From the IMG/VR virus record IMGVR_UViG_3300024988_000067: a stretch of DNA of 64,000 nucleotides; one strand, 5' to 3'. This document shows positions 62,927 to 64,000 of the stretch, in pieces; the first letter of the stretch is position 1, and every line of letters starts with the position of its first letter. The position numbers and the translations under genes are program-made. This DNA is from a virus. The notes beneath the pieces are model-generated. The model was not told the DNA's origin, did no database searches, and saw nothing but the letters and a program-made list of their open reading frames with translations.

Positions 62927-64000
62927 AATCCGCCGTCGCCGACCGCCAATACAAGATCCATTGCCTGCGCATCGTGCCCAATTGGGGCAGCACGATCTAC
63001 CTCACCGACCACCCGCGCGACCTGGTCATGGGCGCACATACCTATCGCACCGACAGCGGCTACCAGTTCTCCGGCTACGCGAGCGAGGCCGGTATGGCGC
63101 CCGGGGTCATGGACCTCGACGGCATCGCCGGGCTGGCCGGCATCGGGCGCGACCAGATCGTCTCCGGCGTATTCGACGGCGCGCGCGTGTACTGTTTCGC
63201 CACCACATGGGTGACGCCGACCGAGGACGAGGAACCGCTGAGCGTGGCGATCATGGGCAAGACCACGATCAAGGACGACCGCTATACCACCGAACTGATG
63301 ATGCTGATCGACTCCCTCAACCAGAGCGTCGGCAAGGTCTACACCCCGGCCTGCCCCAAGACGTTCGGCGGCCAGGAATACGCCGGCTGCGGGGTAGACC
63401 TCGGCCCGCTCACGGTCACCGGCACGATCACCGCGGTCACCAGCAACAGCGTCTTCCGTGACGACACCCGCAGCGAGGATCCTGACTGGTTCGGCGAGGG
63501 CACGATCGCGTTCACGACGGGCGCCAATGCGGGCCTGAAGCCGCTGGAAATCAAGGAATACATCGGCGTCAACAGCAAGAGCATCACCGGCATCAGCAAG
63601 GCCGCCAGTGCGGTCGTCACCGTTGGCACGCATACTTTCGTCGTCGGCGACGTGGTCGAGTTCGCGGGCGTCTCCGGCATGGTCGAGATCAATGGCCTGA
63701 CCGGCACCGTCACCGCCATCGGCGCAACCACGATCACGGTCAACATCAACAGCACCGGGTTTTCCACCTGGACCAGCGGCGGCACTGCGGCGCTGCTGGC
63801 CGGCGGCATCACCACGCATGAGGCGTTCCATTACCCGGTGGTAGTGGGCGACGCCTACACACTGATTCCTGGCTGCCGCAAGCGCCAGGAAGACTGCCGC
63901 GACAAGTGGGAGCCTATCTTGCTGACCGGAAAAGGCAACATCGACAACTTCGGCGGGTTCTCCTGGGTGCCCACGCAGAGCACCTACAGCAAGGTGGGCG
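62923..64000 (+). CDS. DUF2163 tail hub protein (copy B, truncated by window end)
   Basis: Repeat of 24174-25251. Confidence 0.8.
   Translation, partial: MKSAVADRQYKIHCLRIVPNWGSTIYLTDHPRDLVMGAHTYRTDSGYQFSGYASEAGMAPGVMDLDGIAGLAGIGRDQIVSGVFDGARVYCFATTWVTPTEDEEPLSVAIMGKTTIKDDRYTTELMMLIDSLNQSVGKVYTPACPKTFGGQEYAGCGVDLGPLTVTGTITAVTSNSVFRDDTRSEDPDWFGEGTIAFTTGANAGLKPLEIKEYIGVNSKSITGISKAASAVVTVGTHTFVVGDVVEFAGVSGMVEINGLTGTVTAIGATTITVNINSTGFSTWTSGGTAALLAGGITTHEAFHYPVVVGDAYTLIPGCRKRQEDCRDKWEPILLTGKGNIDNFGGFSWVPTQSTYSKVG

Larger units (their letters stand above)
38750..64000 (+). repeat. Direct repeat copy B of the phage unit (truncated by window end)
   Basis: Same ORFs as 1-25251, offset 38749. Confidence 0.98.

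Noticed and set aside
1-64000. tRNA or rRNA genes, and host chromosomal genes
   Set aside because: None recognised; the window is entirely phage sequence apart from the 45-bp ptp fragment

Overview
The window is a head-to-tail repeat of one 38,749-bp temperate siphophage genome (HK97-like head, non-contractile tail, lambdoid control region). Bases 1-25251 recur at 38750-64000, and an intact attP-like site lies at about 29.6-29.8 kb. The main result is a complete integron inside the phage, between its excisionase and its lambda-type integrase: a full-length IntI (31456-32478), an attI site (core GTT at 32560) and 12 attC-bounded cassettes (32561-36959). attI and the attC asymmetry put the cassette top strand on +, yet every cassette ORF is on the - strand, in line with the phage early-left (pL) operon. 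In all 12 cassettes the attC R'' box is the reverse complement of that cassette's own 5' core (7-14 bp; one mismatch in cassette 12), the footprint expected of recombined cassettes. The attC bottom strands also act as translation punctuation. Seven ORFs read through the crossover in the same frame (AAC = Asn), and all 12 attC sites plus attI carry a stop codon in that frame. Several attCs also supply the RBS or start codon of their own gene. The cargo is small phage-type genes, with no recognisable resistance genes. The attP carries a replacement 5' end of a low-molecular-weight protein tyrosine phosphatase gene (MDKIRVLMICMGNI*), which predicts the host integration target. All calls come from reading the sequence by eye; no database searches were run.
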